Below are positions 18,222 through 25,801 of a stretch of 32,000 nucleotides of DNA, piece by piece (the stretch's first letter is position 1; every line of letters begins with the position of its first letter). The notes under the pieces were generated by a model. That model was given only the letters and a program-made list of their open reading frames with translations. It ran no database searches and had not been told where the DNA came from. The stretch is taken from the NCBI RefSeq assembly GCF_000621645.1, contig NZ_JHXR01000022.1:30957-62956 (forward strand), in the 5' to 3' direction. The position numbers and the translations under genes were made by a program. The DNA comes from Vibrio cholerae ATCC 14035. GTDB lineage: Bacteria > Pseudomonadota > Gammaproteobacteria > Enterobacterales > Vibrionaceae.

Positions 18222-18386
18222 GCTGAGTTCTTATTGAACTTTGAAGCAGCGGGCGTTTGAGGAAACTCTTACGCCCGTCTGTTTGAAGCGTGTCGCTACA
18301 GATAAAGGCAACGGGATCCCCCTTATCTATATCGATACCCACCGAGCGGCGTAGCCGTTGGCAGTAATAAATTGGTGACTGAGAAC

Positions 18387-19532
18387 ATGTCAAAACGTGA
18401 TTTTTACGAAGTATTAGGCGTAGGCCGTGACGCCTCCGAGCGTGATATTAAAAAGGCATACAAACGCCTTGCGATGAAATACCACCCGGACCGCAACTCG
18501 GGAGATGCTGGTGCGGCGGAAAAGTTTAAAGAAGTCAAAGAAGCGTATGAAATTCTGACCGATGCGCAGAAGAAAGCAGCTTATGACCAATACGGCCATG
18601 CGGCATTTGAGCAAGGCGCGGGTGGTTTTGGTGGCGGCGGCTTCGGCGGTGGCGGTGCTGATTTTGGCGATATTTTCGGTGACGTGTTTGGTGATATTTT
18701 CGGTGGTGGTCGCCGTGGCGGCGGTCCAAGAGCACAGCGTGGCTCCGATCTACGTTACAACATGGAACTGAGCCTTGAAGAAGCGGTTCGCGGCTGCTCG
18801 AAAGAGATTGAAGTACCGACATTAGTACACTGTGACGCTTGCGATGGATCAGGTGCGAAAAAAGGCACCTCAGCACAAACTTGTGGAACCTGTCACGGTC
18901 ATGGCCAAGTCCAGATGCGTCAGGGCTTCTTTGCGGTGCAGCAAACCTGTCCAACTTGTCATGGTAAAGGCAAGATCATCAAAGATCCTTGTAACGTCTG
19001 TCATGGCCAAGGTCGCAAGCAAAAGACCAAGACACTCAATGTGAAAATTCCAGCGGGTGTGGATACCGGCGATCGCATTCGTCTTTCCGGTGAAGGAGAA
19101 GCGGGAGAAATGGGCGCGCCAGCAGGGGATTTGTACGTACAAGTGCATGTCAAAGAGCACCACATTTTCGAGCGTGATGGCAATAACTTGTACTGTGAAG
19201 TACCAGTGAGCTTCGCAATGGCGGCTCTGGGCGGTGAAGTAGAAGTACCGACACTCGATGGTCGCGTGAGCTTGAAAGTGCCTGCGGAAACCCAAACGGG
19301 TCGCATGTTCCGCATGCGCGGTAAAGGTGTGAAAGGCGTTCGCTCTGCAGCACTGGGCGATCTGATTGTCAAACTTGTGGTCGAAACCCCAGTCAATTTG
19401 AGTGCTCGTCAGAAAGAGCTGCTGAAAGAGTTTGAAGAGTCTTGTGGCGGCGAAGCGGCGACGAAACACAAGCCGAAAGCCGAAGGCTTCTTTAATGGTG
19501 TGAAGAAGTTTTTTGATGACTTAACCAGTTAA
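18387..19532 (+). CDS. dnaJ: Co-chaperone DnaJ (Hsp40)
   Basis: Start taken at ATG 18387 ([12 protein letters not shown]), giving 381 aa. J-domain HPD motif (KYHPDRN), G/F-rich linker, and four CxxCxGxG zinc-finger repeats. Confidence 0.97.
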   Translation: MSKRDFYEVLGVGRDASERDIKKAYKRLAMKYHPDRNSGDAGAAEKFKEVKEAYEILTDAQKKAAYDQYGHAAFEQGAGGFGGGGFGGGGADFGDIFGDVFGDIFGGGRRGGGPRAQRGSDLRYNMELSLEEAVRGCSKEIEVPTLVHCDACDGSGAKKGTSAQTCGTCHGHGQVQMRQGFFAVQQTCPTCHGKGKIIKDPCNVCHGQGRKQKTKTLNVKIPAGVDTGDRIRLSGEGEAGEMGAPAGDLYVQVHVKEHHIFERDGNNLYCEVPVSFAMAALGGEVEVPTLDGRVSLKVPAETQTGRMFRMRGKGVKGVRSAALGDLIVKLVVETPVNLSARQKELLKEFEESCGGEAATKHKPKAEGFFNGVKKFFDDLTS

Positions 19533-19556
19533 TCAAGATTCAATGAGTCACTATCG

Positions 19557-19584
19557 AAAAGACCAGCTTGCTGGTCTTTTCTTA
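19557..19584. terminator. Bidirectional terminator between dnaJ and the pilE-like gene
   Basis: AAAAGACCAG-CTTG-CTGGTCTTTT hairpin with an A-run and T-run forming the stem flanks. Confidence 0.75.
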
Positions 19585-20025
19585 TTTCCAGCACCCAATC
19601 GGTGATGTCACACCTTTCTCATTCAAGGTGAGAGAGGTGTAGGCGCTACCGTCGCATTGATCACTATTTTGTCCTTTACTAGATTGCGGAGTGGCTGTAA
19701 TCGCATAACTAGTGGCTGCAGTTTCGACCACAATCTTGTAACGATCACTGTCTACGCTACAAAAGGAATTACATACCTTTTGAGCATCGACGATGCCTGT
19801 CGCCGTATAGCCATTCTGATACTTTTCCTCTAAATAGAGCTGAATTTTGGCCATATCTGCCATCGCCTGTTTACGATGACCTTCTTTGACATAGTTGGTA
19901 TAGGCTGGATAAGCGATGCTCGCTAACACTCCCACGATCACTACCGCGATCATTAATTCGATCAATGTCATACCTTGTTGCTGACTCACACTTGGCTTGC
20001 AGAAAATTTTTCGAATCATTTCCAT
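19582..20025 (-). CDS. Type IV pilin-like protein (PilE-like minor pilin)
   Basis: 147-aa ORF. Prepilin leader ending ...SQQQG followed by MTLIELMIAVVIVGVLASIAYPAY (class III signal with Glu+5). Exact start codon is uncertain. Confidence 0.85.
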   Translation of the reverse strand: MEMIRKIFCKPSVSQQQGMTLIELMIAVVIVGVLASIAYPAYTNYVKEGHRKQAMADMAKIQLYLEEKYQNGYTATGIVDAQKVCNSFCSVDSDRYKIVVETAATSYAITATPQSSKGQNSDQCDGSAYTSLTLNEKGVTSPIGCWK

Positions 20026-20121
20026 TACTTCTCTTTATAAAACAACGCCATTTTTGATAGCTGTTAGCATCTATGCAAGTTGATTCATCATCCTCTCACG
20101 GTTTGCAAAGGATTTTGGGAA

Positions 20122-20634
20122 ATGCATCGCGGCTTTACTTTGCTGGAGCTTTTGATCACCGTTGCGGTATTAACCACAATGTTGCTTTTTGCTGCCCCCA
20201 ATTTCTCAAAGGTGAGCCAGCAAACGAAGATGACCAATTTAGCCAATGAATTACAGGGATTCCTTATTCAAGCTAAATCTGAAGCTGTTTTTCGAAATCA
20301 GGACTTATGGGTGCATATTCAAGGATTGCCTTCTATAACGGGTCAATGGCAACTGGTGCTATCCAGCGTATCGGATGTGGCAGCGATCGATGCAAGTAAT
20401 ACGGTTGCTCTGTTGCAAGGTCAGCGATATCAAAATGTATTTGTATCGAAGACCAATACACTAACAGAGGTCAAATTTGATCATGTAATGGGCAATCCTC
20501 AGGAAGCAGGTAGCCTTTTTATTAAACCGTCGGAATCTGCTGCAGATTCAATCAAAGTGACTGTGCACAATCGGGCTGGACGAATCAAAGTTTGCACCGA
20601 AAATGAGGCAAAATATGGCTTTGAAAAGTGCTAA
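20122..20634 (+). CDS. fimT: Type IV minor pilin, FimT/GspH-like
   Basis: Start taken at ATG 20122: MHRG/FTLLELLITVAVL prepilin signal, 170 aa. Divergent from the pilE-like gene. Confidence 0.8.
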   Translation: MHRGFTLLELLITVAVLTTMLLFAAPNFSKVSQQTKMTNLANELQGFLIQAKSEAVFRNQDLWVHIQGLPSITGQWQLVLSSVSDVAAIDASNTVALLQGQRYQNVFVSKTNTLTEVKFDHVMGNPQEAGSLFIKPSESAADSIKVTVHNRAGRIKVCTENEAKYGFEKC

Positions 20635-21205
20635 CCAGCAAGGTAATACGCTGATTGAATTTATGGTTGCCGCTTTGGTGGGGGCGATGGCTTTAGCTAT
20701 TGTCGGGACTGTCTTTTTGTCTAACCAAAAAGCGGCAGCGCAACGCAGTAAAGAAATTATGCTGCTTCAGCAAGTCAGCAGCGTTATGCAGCAGATGAAA
20801 GAGGATATCCAGCGTGCTGGTTTTGACGATGTGGGTAACCAATCTATGCGGCTATCTGGTGCTGTCGGTGTGATCTATCGAGCATCGAATAAAATTGGTT
20901 ATGTTTATCGAAAATCATCCACCAAGGTGAGCAATACGACCTATCAATTAAATAATGATATGTTGGAGTATTGTCAAAAGGATTCAGCTTCTCCACTCAG
21001 TGTTGTCTCTGCTGCGACAGGATGTTTTGATTTATTTGACCCGAAACAAATCAAAATTGATCAATTTGAAATATCAGAAACGCCTTTATCTGGTCAAGCG
21101 GTCAATAGTTCATTGATGACGATTTCTATTATGGCGAAGTTAAAAGATGACCCTAATATCTCTAATGCTATCTCATTACAGGTTCAGCAAAGGAATTGGC
21201 AATAA
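20603..21205 (+). CDS. Type IV minor pilin, PilW-like
   Basis: Overlaps the fimT 3' end. ...ANQQG/NTLIEFMVAALVGAMALAIVGTVFLSNQ resembles the PilW N-terminus. Alternative start at ATG 20615. Confidence 0.75.
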   Translation: MRQNMALKSANQQGNTLIEFMVAALVGAMALAIVGTVFLSNQKAAAQRSKEIMLLQQVSSVMQQMKEDIQRAGFDDVGNQSMRLSGAVGVIYRASNKIGYVYRKSSTKVSNTTYQLNNDMLEYCQKDSASPLSVVSAATGCFDLFDPKQIKIDQFEISETPLSGQAVNSSLMTISIMAKLKDDPNISNAISLQVQQRNWQ

Positions 21206-22437
21206 TGATTCAATATCAAAAAGGTGTCGCGACTTTACTGATTACCGCTATTCTGCTTTCAATTGCATTGGTTGTGACGCTCGGTTCGTATAAAAATCTT
21301 TTTTATCAGATTAAACGTGCACAAAATGAAGTAAAAGCTAGGCAGGAGCACTGGCTTGCTGAGGGTGGGTTGGAGTGTGGCTACTCACAGTTTTTATTTG
21401 CCAATGGACTCCCGGGTACGATTACTGATTGTGGTAGTGGCTTAGGTATTATACCTCAATTTAGTTTAATCAGTTCAGGGTATAAAGTAACCTCCCACTA
21501 TGGTTATGCTTCATTAGTTAAAGATATTCTTATCTCAGGCAATATGGCTCATGGTGCAATTCAATCAGCTTCTGATATTTATGTTCGAGGGAGTGTGAAT
21601 ATTGTTCCAGACCCAGGCGCTTTTAATTCAGAGGGGTGGGAATGTATTGCGCTACGTTATAAAAATATTTTTGATGCATCTGGTGCTATACAAAATGATG
21701 GAGTCTTAATTCCTAACAAACCGCCCTATACTGGATTCGTAAATCCAACGGGTAAGGATTGCCAAACCACACATAAATCGAGTGCGTCGGGAAGTCTGCC
21801 CACTGGTAGTGATTTTGTTAAGCAACCAGAAATGAGCTTATTTGAAGAGTTCTTTGATGTTAGTGAAGAACAGCATGAAAAAATAAAGAACAATCCGAAG
21901 TTCACGCAAATTCTTGCTCCAGAAAATACGAATGGTCAACCTAGTATTGTTCCTGATTGCGGGAAGGAAATATTGGAACAAATAGAAAATAAACATTATT
22001 ACCTCTGGATTGAAGGAGGGTGTGAACTTAATGCTATTTATACACAAAAGGTTTCTGAAGCCTCTCAAAAAACACCTGGTGTATTGATTTTGGTTCACGA
22101 AGGGATTTTTTCCGTTATGGGAAATGGAGAGTTAAAAGGAGTATTGTTTCATTTCAATAAGGACTATGTTCCATCAACTCAACATTGGGCCTCTTTTGAA
22201 GCGAATGCCTATTTAAATCATAATCCAAGTGTCATACCAGACTCATTCAGAACAATTGCCTCTTATTATCAACACGGTTCATTTACTGTGACTGGTGGGC
22301 AGTTTCTTGACAGCGCAGGTCAGGCCGCGGCATTTAATAACTCCTTAGTATTTAATTTTAATAAAGATGTGATCGATCATATTGCGAGTAATTTTGTAAA
22401 ACCGCGTTGGAAAGAAGGAAGCTGGAATGCGCAATAA
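21205..22437 (+). CDS. PilX-N-domain protein, unusually large (410 aa) putative minor pilin or tip component
   Basis: ATG 21205 overlaps the pilW-like TAA (TAATG). AAGGAA lies at 21190-21195. N-terminus MIQYQKGVATLLITAILLSIALVV fits the PilX N-terminal pattern (no Glu+5). The rest shows no motif I recognise. Visibly lower GC than its neighbours. Confidence 0.7.
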   Translation: MIQYQKGVATLLITAILLSIALVVTLGSYKNLFYQIKRAQNEVKARQEHWLAEGGLECGYSQFLFANGLPGTITDCGSGLGIIPQFSLISSGYKVTSHYGYASLVKDILISGNMAHGAIQSASDIYVRGSVNIVPDPGAFNSEGWECIALRYKNIFDASGAIQNDGVLIPNKPPYTGFVNPTGKDCQTTHKSSASGSLPTGSDFVKQPEMSLFEEFFDVSEEQHEKIKNNPKFTQILAPENTNGQPSIVPDCGKEILEQIENKHYYLWIEGGCELNAIYTQKVSEASQKTPGVLILVHEGIFSVMGNGELKGVLFHFNKDYVPSTQHWASFEANAYLNHNPSVIPDSFRTIASYYQHGSFTVTGGQFLDSAGQAAAFNNSLVFNFNKDVIDHIASNFVKPRWKEGSWNAQ

Positions 22438-22804
22438 GCAATCTGGTTTTAGCTTAATCGAAGTGATGATCTCGTTTGTACTGATTGGCGTTGGTGCGCT
22501 TGGTTTGGTGAAATTACAAGCTTATATCGAGCAACGCGCTGATTACGCGATGCACAGTATTGAAGCGTTAAATCTTGCCGAGCAAAAATTGGAGTGGTTT
22601 CGTTCTCGTGGCGCTTCTTCAGCTAACCCTGCCATACCAACTGCAAATTTCGCGACCGATATTGTCTCTGGGAATGATGTTTCACATCCTTTCTATACTT
22701 TGTCTTGGTCTGTACCCGCTGCAACCTTGTCGGGGCTCTCAAAACCATTCATATCCAAGCGTCATGGAAGGATCGCCATGGTGAAACTCAGTCGGTGGAG
22801 TTGA
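22427..22804 (+). CDS. Type IV minor pilin PilV-like (C-terminus possibly frameshifted; alternative end at 22839)
   Basis: MRNKQSG/FSLIEVMISFVLIGVGALGLVKLQ is a canonical prepilin signal with a PilV-like N-terminus. Overlaps the upstream gene by 11 nt. See the finding on the G4 run at 22732-22735. Confidence 0.8.
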   Translation: MRNKQSGFSLIEVMISFVLIGVGALGLVKLQAYIEQRADYAMHSIEALNLAEQKLEWFRSRGASSANPAIPTANFATDIVSGNDVSHPFYTLSWSVPAATLSGLSKPFISKRHGRIAMVKLSRWS

Positions 22805-23192
22805 AAACCATGATCTCTAAATACAGCGAATTTGACTGAACGAGTCCTTCTTGCCACGCGATTTTTCTCGCTTTATTGTGCTGTGATTTTCGCTTCTTTA
22901 TGCTCTTTTCCCATCCATTTGCTTCACTTTTGCTTTTGTCGGCGCTGATAAGTGCAAACTCATGCTTTGCAAATTGGTTTCTTAAATGTATATGCTTCGT
23001 TATTGATAATGTTTCGAGTGTGTGTCTTTGGTTTTCTATTTTTGCAAAATATGTCTCTAAATATGTAAAAAAAGGACGAACGCTGTGCTTTGGTTTAGGC
23101 GTTTCTATACAATGCCAAACGACAAATCGCCGTTTCATTGTGACCAATTTCAATGGTTCACAGGGAAACTCGAAACGGACACAGAAGGCCAC
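22788..23192 (-). CDS. Hypothetical protein (doubtful)
   Basis: 134-aa ORF from GTG 23192 (or 116 aa from ATG 23138) with a charged, protein-like composition but no recognisable motif and only a weak Shine-Dalgarno. A 122-aa ORF on the opposite strand covers the same DNA, so coding status is unresolved. Confidence 0.25.
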   Translation of the reverse strand: MAFCVRFEFPCEPLKLVTMKRRFVVWHCIETPKPKHSVRPFFTYLETYFAKIENQRHTLETLSITKHIHLRNQFAKHEFALISADKSKSEANGWEKSIKKRKSQHNKARKIAWQEGLVQSNSLYLEIMVFNSTD

Positions 23193-23236
23193 ACTAACAA
23201 GGCCTCACGCAGCAACATCACATTACGGAATTTACT

Positions 23237-24796
23237 ATGAGTAACCAAGCTATCAATCAAGCGCCATCGGCCAAACCAAGTGGGATGGATCGCTTTCTCA
23301 ACTTTATTGAACGGGCAGGGAACAAGATCCCAGATCCCGCGATTCTTTTCTTTTGGGCATTAGTTATCGTTTGGGTTTCTTCCGCTCTACTCTCTAACGT
23401 CAGTTTTGATTTGACTAACCCTCGTACTAATGAAGCATTAGAAATCAAAAACTTACTGACCGGCGAATCACTGGCTCATTTTCTGGCCAATATGGTGACC
23501 ACATTTACCAGTTTTGCGCCATTGGGCATTGTTCTTGTCGCTATGCTCGGGGTTGGCGTGGCTGACTCTTCAGGCTTTATCACTACTGGCCTAAAGAAAA
23601 TGCTTAATGTCACGCCAGCGAAATTGCTGACGCCTATGCTGATTTTGGTGGCGATTATTTCGCACACCGCAGCCGATGCTGGTTATGTGTTGGTGATTCC
23701 TCTGGGCGGTATCATTTTCCACGCAGCAGGTCGTCATCCGCTCGCAGGTATTGCTGCCGCGTTTGCTGGCGTATCTGGTGGTTTCTCGGCAAACTTTATT
23801 CCGTCAGGTATCGATCCGCTGTTGGCGGGCTTTACGCAAACGGCAGCGCAAGTGTTGGATCAGTCTTATCAAGTTAACCCATTAGCCAACATTTACTTCA
23901 CGGGCCTTTCCTCAATCATCATCGTCGCGATTGGTTGGTATGTGACAGATAAAGTGATTGAGCCACGTTTGGCGGCGACGAAAGTGGATGAGGATGCAGA
24001 ATCAGCACCCGATTTGGGCTCTTTCACTGCGATTGAATCAAAAGCTTTCCGTTACGCAGGCTGGGCAATGGTTGCGGGTATCGCACTGTTAGTGGCTGCC
24101 GTGTGGCCTGAAAATTCTGCGCTGCGTTCGCCTGACGGTGAAATTACCGCCTTCACTGCGCCGATCATGAAATCAATTGTGCCACTGATTTTTATCCTGT
24201 TTATTATCCCGGGGATTGTCTACGGCCGTGTCGCAGGAACCTTCAAAAACAGTAACGATGTGATCAAAGCAATGTCGGCCACCATGTCTACCATGGGCGC
24301 GTACATTGTGATGTCGTTTTTCTGTGCGCAATTCTTGTCTGCTTTTGGTCAATCTAACATTGGTACTATGTTGGCTCTGTATGGTGCAGAAGGTCTAAAA
24401 GCGATGAATTTGCCGGGGCAAGCCACGATTGTGGGCATGATTCTACTCACTGCGATGGTCAACTTATTAGTCGGTTCAGCATCGGCTAAGTGGGCGTTGA
24501 TTGGTCCAATTTTGGTGCCAATGTTGATGGCAGTGGGTATTTCTCCTGAACTGTCTCAAGCGGCATATCGTGTGGGGGATTCTGTGTCTAACATTATTTC
24601 TCCATTGATGGTGTTCTTCCCACTGGTGGTGGTGTATTGCCAACGCTATGTGAAATCAACCGGTATCGGCACTTTGGCTTCGATGATGATGCCGTACTCA
24701 ATCGCTATGCTGATTGGTTGGTCACTGTTCCTGCTGGTTTACTGGGCACTGGGTATCCCGCTGGGTATTCAAGCTCCGTACACTTACACCATGTAA
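23237..24796 (+). CDS. AbgT-family transporter (p-aminobenzoyl-glutamate transporter family)
   Basis: 519-aa polytopic membrane ORF. N-terminal RFLNFIERAGNKIPDPAILFF and overall hydrophobic organisation are typical of the AbgT/MtrF family. Confidence 0.85.
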   Translation: MSNQAINQAPSAKPSGMDRFLNFIERAGNKIPDPAILFFWALVIVWVSSALLSNVSFDLTNPRTNEALEIKNLLTGESLAHFLANMVTTFTSFAPLGIVLVAMLGVGVADSSGFITTGLKKMLNVTPAKLLTPMLILVAIISHTAADAGYVLVIPLGGIIFHAAGRHPLAGIAAAFAGVSGGFSANFIPSGIDPLLAGFTQTAAQVLDQSYQVNPLANIYFTGLSSIIIVAIGWYVTDKVIEPRLAATKVDEDAESAPDLGSFTAIESKAFRYAGWAMVAGIALLVAAVWPENSALRSPDGEITAFTAPIMKSIVPLIFILFIIPGIVYGRVAGTFKNSNDVIKAMSATMSTMGAYIVMSFFCAQFLSAFGQSNIGTMLALYGAEGLKAMNLPGQATIVGMILLTAMVNLLVGSASAKWALIGPILVPMLMAVGISPELSQAAYRVGDSVSNIISPLMVFFPLVVVYCQRYVKSTGIGTLASMMMPYSIAMLIGWSLFLLVYWALGIPLGIQAPYTYTM

Positions 24797-24820
24797 GTGA
24801 TTAAACCGATAAACATCGTC

Positions 24821-24848
24821 AGCCCACTCCTTCGAGTGGGCTTTTTCT
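24821..24848 (+). terminator. Rho-independent terminator after the AbgT-family gene
   Basis: AGCCCACTC-CTTC-GAGTGGGCT followed by TTTTTCTT. Confidence 0.8.
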
Positions 24849-24864
24849 TAGGCTGGCTTTTGTT

Positions 24865-25446
24865 TTGTCCGCGATCTCCGCTAGAATCACCGTTTTCAAG
24901 AATCCGTGGAGTGTGATTTTGTCAGCGTCTCTATTTTCTGCTCAAGATGAACAATTTATGCGCCGAGCCATCGTGTTAGCAGCCCAAGCCGAAGCGCAGG
25001 GAGAAGTCCCTGTTGGAGCGGTATTAGTTCGAGATGGCGAAATCATTGCGGAAGGCTGGAATGGTTCGATTACGAACCATGATGCGACTGCGCATGCAGA
25101 AATTGAAGTGATTCGAAAAGCTGGCAAAGCACTGAGTAATTATCGACTACTCGATACCACCTTGTATGTGACACTGGAACCTTGCCCAATGTGTGCAGGC
25201 GCCCTGTTGCATAGTCGAGTAAAACGTATTGTGTATGGCGCGCCAGATTTGAAAGCGGGTGCGGCAGGAACTGTGATGGATCTGTTTAGCAGCCAAGCTG
25301 CTTATCACTACGCGACGGTTGAAAAAGGGCTGTTGGAAGAGGAGTGTCGAGCTCAGTTACAAGCGTTTTTTCAGCGCCGAAGAAAAGAAATTAAAGCCAA
25401 ACGCGATGCAGAGCGAAAGAATGCTGAGAGAAAGAATGAGCGGTGA
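24865..25446 (+). CDS. tadA: tRNA adenosine(34) deaminase TadA
   Basis: CDA-fold motifs HAEI (TAHAEIEVI) and PCPMCAGA. Strong similarity to E. coli TadA from EQFMRRAI onward. The start is uncertain: TTG 24865 in the ORF track, alternatives GTG 24913 and ATG 24958. Confidence 0.9.
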   Translation: MSAISARITVFKNPWSVILSASLFSAQDEQFMRRAIVLAAQAEAQGEVPVGAVLVRDGEIIAEGWNGSITNHDATAHAEIEVIRKAGKALSNYRLLDTTLYVTLEPCPMCAGALLHSRVKRIVYGAPDLKAGAAGTVMDLFSSQAAYHYATVEKGLLEEECRAQLQAFFQRRRKEIKAKRDAERKNAERKNER

Positions 25447-25491
25447 ATTTTTGGCAAACATCGATACAGATGTTTGCCATTCGAGAGGTAT

Positions 25492-25623
25492 CTAGCTACT
25501 TAACTGGACAAATGCACGATGACGAGCCAAGACTTTTTTCTTGCTATTGGCCAGCATACGGCGTCTGCGGTTAGCGGATACGGTTTTATTCAGGAGTTTT
25601 GATTGACGTTTACGTCTCAACAT
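25492..25623 (-). CDS. Unlisted 43-aa highly basic small ORF (hypothetical)
   Basis: GGAGGG (complement of 25631-25636) lies 7 nt upstream of ATG 25623. Translation is MLRRKRQSKLLNKTVSANRRRRMLANSKKKVLARHRAFVQLSS* with 15 Arg/Lys and no acidic residue. It is below the size cutoff of the ORF track. Confidence 0.4.
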   Translation of the reverse strand: MLRRKRQSKLLNKTVSANRRRRMLANSKKKVLARHRAFVQLSS

Positions 25624-25651
25624 AAAACACCCTCCTACGACTGACTGACAT

Positions 25652-25679
25652 AAAAACCCTGACTACTTAACGTCAGGGA
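25652..25679 (-). terminator. Rho-independent terminator downstream of mltF
   Basis: Minus strand CCCTGAC-GTTAAGTA-GTCAGGG followed by TTTTTAT. Confidence 0.7.
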
Positions 25680-25801
25680 ACCTAATAAATCGCTTATCGA
25701 TCTGCTTTATTATTGCATTGGAATGTTACCTGTTTCTGACAACAGGAAAGCGATTTAATTCACACATTGATTTACGTGTTTTCTTCCCAAAAATCAAGTG
25801 G

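Noticed and set aside
18535-19469. Several long minus-strand ORFs (199, 139, 131 and 67 aa) inside dnaJ
   Set aside because: They are antisense shadows of a strongly supported, GC-biased dnaJ frame. Arg/His-rich junk composition.
20026-20121. Possible CRP-S/TfoX-dependent competence box in the divergent pilin promoter region (around TTTGATAGCTGTTAGCA)
   Set aside because: Only a weak half-site resemblance to TGCGA-N6-TCGCA. It cannot be supported by eye.
25408-25437. 15-bp imperfect tandem duplication encoding AERKN-AERKN at the TadA C-terminus
   Set aside because: It is real in the sequence but a trivial two-unit repeat in a basic tail, with no evidence of function or variability.
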